Origin: Octopus bimaculoides
Taxonomy: Eukaryota
Direction: 5' to 3'
NCBI RefSeq assembly: GCF_001194135.2
Contig: NC_068982.1
Location: forward strand, 147,458,895 to 147,511,514
Length of the DNA: 52,620 nucleotides
Part shown: piece after piece, positions 49,701-52,620 of the stretch
Layout: each line of letters starts with the position of its first letter
Position numbering within the stretch: the stretch's first letter is position 1
The notes under the pieces: generated by a model
Database searches by the model: none
What the model was told of the DNA's origin: nothing
What the model saw: the letters and a program-made list of their open reading frames with translations, nothing else
Made by a program: the position numbers and the translations under genes

Positions 49701-51806
49701 AACGAACACTTAGTGTGACCACCAAACAGGTGCTGCTGTACATTGTAGCGATCGAACTTCTGAACACCAGTGAAGAATAATTCTGTCGTAAAATTCAGAG
49801 TAAGTGAAATTGGTCAGTGCGGTAATGGAACTAGATCTATTCCAGACACTTTCTAAAGATGCATGGCGATTGCAGACAATCATATTAGTTTGTGCGTCCC
49901 CGACTTCAATACTGACACCAAGTGTAGATTTCTTAGGAAGCACCTGTTCGATAGAGATATAGACTTAAAGTTGTTTATTATATCCTTGTTATATGCATGA
50001 AACAGAGCTACTGCGCAGGCAAGAATACGTTTGGTATGTAGCTATAACGTTCAGTGGGGAGAACATCAAATCACATCGACTTTCCATTGAACAGCCGTTC
50101 GACATGCTCACTGTTTAAACTGTATAAATATATTTATGCATTTTAAATAGAAACAGTAAAATATGCCCAGCGCTACAACATATTTAGTTTTCAAGGGCTT
50201 GCGGTTATATGATTGATTGAATCGTAACAAGAACGTCAAGTTTGCAACCCTTAACTTACGTTATCGCCCCCTCTTCAGAAAAATATATGTTACAGAACCA
50301 ATCCCGCCGTGAGCTGAACTTGAACGCAGAAAGGGAGATCTGTAAACACACAGGAGAATATATATATACATATGTGTGTGTGTGTGTATATACATGTGCA
50401 TATATATGCAAATATATATGTATGTGTATCTATATAATGGTAATAATATCATTCCAACGTTCTACATTTACGTATATATATATATATACACATAAACTAA
50501 GCAAAGAAAGATTCAGACAGTGGTCTGAAATTATATTTGTGATACAATGAAGATTATATCAAGAAGCTAAAGTAATCGTGCAATATATAAACTTTCTATT
50601 TGCCATTACTTATTGTGAAGTATAAAGAAAATATTTCCTAAAAACCATCTTCCATCGCATCAATAATATATTAAACGAATGAAAGAAGAAAAAATCCTCA
50701 TTTCTTTCCTTCTTATTTATTTATTAATTTTTTTTAAATTTTTATTTCGGTAAGTGGAAAAGAGTTAATGCGCCAGAAAGAAAATATACAACATATTTTG
50801 TTTACATCTGAAATTAACCGGGCATCTTTGTCAAAATGTCACGAGTCCACGTTGGTTTTCTTTATAATTTTCGTTAAAATTTTTATCGTCGTTGCTAGTG
50901 ATGGTGGCGGTGATGGAAGTATTGTTGTTGTTCTCGCAGCATTACAAAAAGCAAGCAAGCAAGAAAGAATATATTGGAAGATTTTTTAAATAAATTTACA
51001 AAACAAAAAAAAAAGATCTCTGACAAAAAGCGAAAAAACAAAAATAATAGTGAAGAATAGGCGTATCATATAGAACAGGTTACAAGTAAAAATAAAAAGA
51101 TTTCTCTTTTTAGTTTCATATAAAAAGTAATGATAAAATGTAAAAACTAAAATGAAAAGAAGAACGAAAAAAATGTTATTGTTTACCCAGTTACTCTAAA
51201 ATGTTCACAATGAGAGTTTCTTAGACATCTTGCGACGACAATATCACACATCAATTTATATGAAATACTAACAAAAAATAAAAAATAAAGAAATAAAAAG
51301 CATGCAAGTAATGTATTCATCATTCGAAATAAAATAACATAAAAAAATAAAATTGTATTTGAAAAGGGGGAGACAACTCTTTGTGTTGACATTTGGCTTT
51401 CTTTTTTCATTTCTTTGTTAAATAAATTAATATCAACAAATAGAATTTGGAAATAAAATTTGGATAATCTATAAACTTTACTGCATTGAACGTGGAAATC
51501 AAAAGAAGGGTTCAGTATTATTGATAATTATATTCTTGTTCTGGTAATAATAATAATAACAACAAAAACAACAATAACAACAATAATGGTATTAATAGTT
51601 ATCATCATCATCATCACCGTCATCATCTTCATCATCATCATCATCATCATCACCATCTTCATCAGTATCATTTCTATCATTATTATAGCGAGCATTATCA
51701 ATAGAAATTTTAGTTAAGTTCATATATATTTTTCACTCAATTATTAACGACTTACTGACTAATATATATATATATATATATATGCGTGTGTATATATATA
51801 TGCGTG

Positions 51807-51838
<32 letters not shown>

Positions 51839-52213
51839 TATATGTGTGTGTGCATATATATGGATGTATGTGTATATATATGTGTGTGTATACACACATA
51901 CACACACATATATACATGCACGTATACATGTATATATTTATACATATATGTCATACATATATACATGTGCAGCAGCACACAGATACACACACATACACAT
52001 TCATTTTTCAAAACGTTTCGATTTTAACTGAGAATTTTTTTTTCAAAAATAAATTCTTTTTCTTCTGTTCCTAAAAACTATAATCAATGATTGAAACATT
52101 CGTTTTTCTTTTATTCAAATTGTAAATTTAAACACCCAACTACTATCTTCTATTTTCATATTCAAATTTCACGCACACACACACACACACACACACCTAT
52201 ATANNNNNNNNNN

Positions 52214-52244
<31 letters not shown>

Positions 52245-52538
52245 GTGTTTATACACACACACGCACACACACGCACACACGCACGCACACGAACACACAC
52301 ACATTCACATTGAACATCCATAGACACACACACATATCCTTACATTAATACATTTACGTTTTTCATTTCTTTTGAATATGTCTCAATGGTAAATATTCGA
52401 TTCTACAATGGATTTTCTTTTTTATTTGCACTATTATTTTGAAGTATGAACGTGAACATACATACAATACGGGTATCATTATCTACTTTTTGAACAGATA
52501 CACACATATCCATATATGTAGACATACATGCATAAATA

Positions 52539-52620
<82 letters not shown>

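Noticed and set aside
2427-52348. Most ORF-track entries (poly-YI, CV, HT, LS and X-rich ORFs)
   Set aside because: Translations of dinucleotide or tetranucleotide microsatellites and read-through of N gaps.

Overview
AT-rich eukaryotic DNA saturated with microsatellites and broken by many N gaps. The SINE families and repeat style point to a cephalopod (Octopus-like) draft assembly; this is inference, with no database check. I found no supportable host protein-coding exon, rRNA, tRNA gene or CRISPR array, and almost all ORF-track entries are microsatellite or gap read-throughs. The interpretable content is decayed mobile DNA: Tc1/mariner fragments and MITEs, a Tigger/pogo DDE fragment, three L1/Tx1-type LINE pieces, a CR1/L2-type RT piece, about 15 tRNA-derived SINE copies and a ~380-bp palindromic element. 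The main discovery is at 5.1-6.8 kb, where two type I hammerhead ribozyme motifs with palindromic stem III lie on opposite strands ~340 nt apart. The + strand motif (6383-6431) has an intact catalytic core inside a ~337-nt partial tandem repeat with a fold-back inverted copy. The - strand motif (6764-6805) has a core-deleted sister copy at ~43.2 kb. This resembles non-autonomous Penelope-like/retrozyme-type elements. All structures were folded and aligned by eye.
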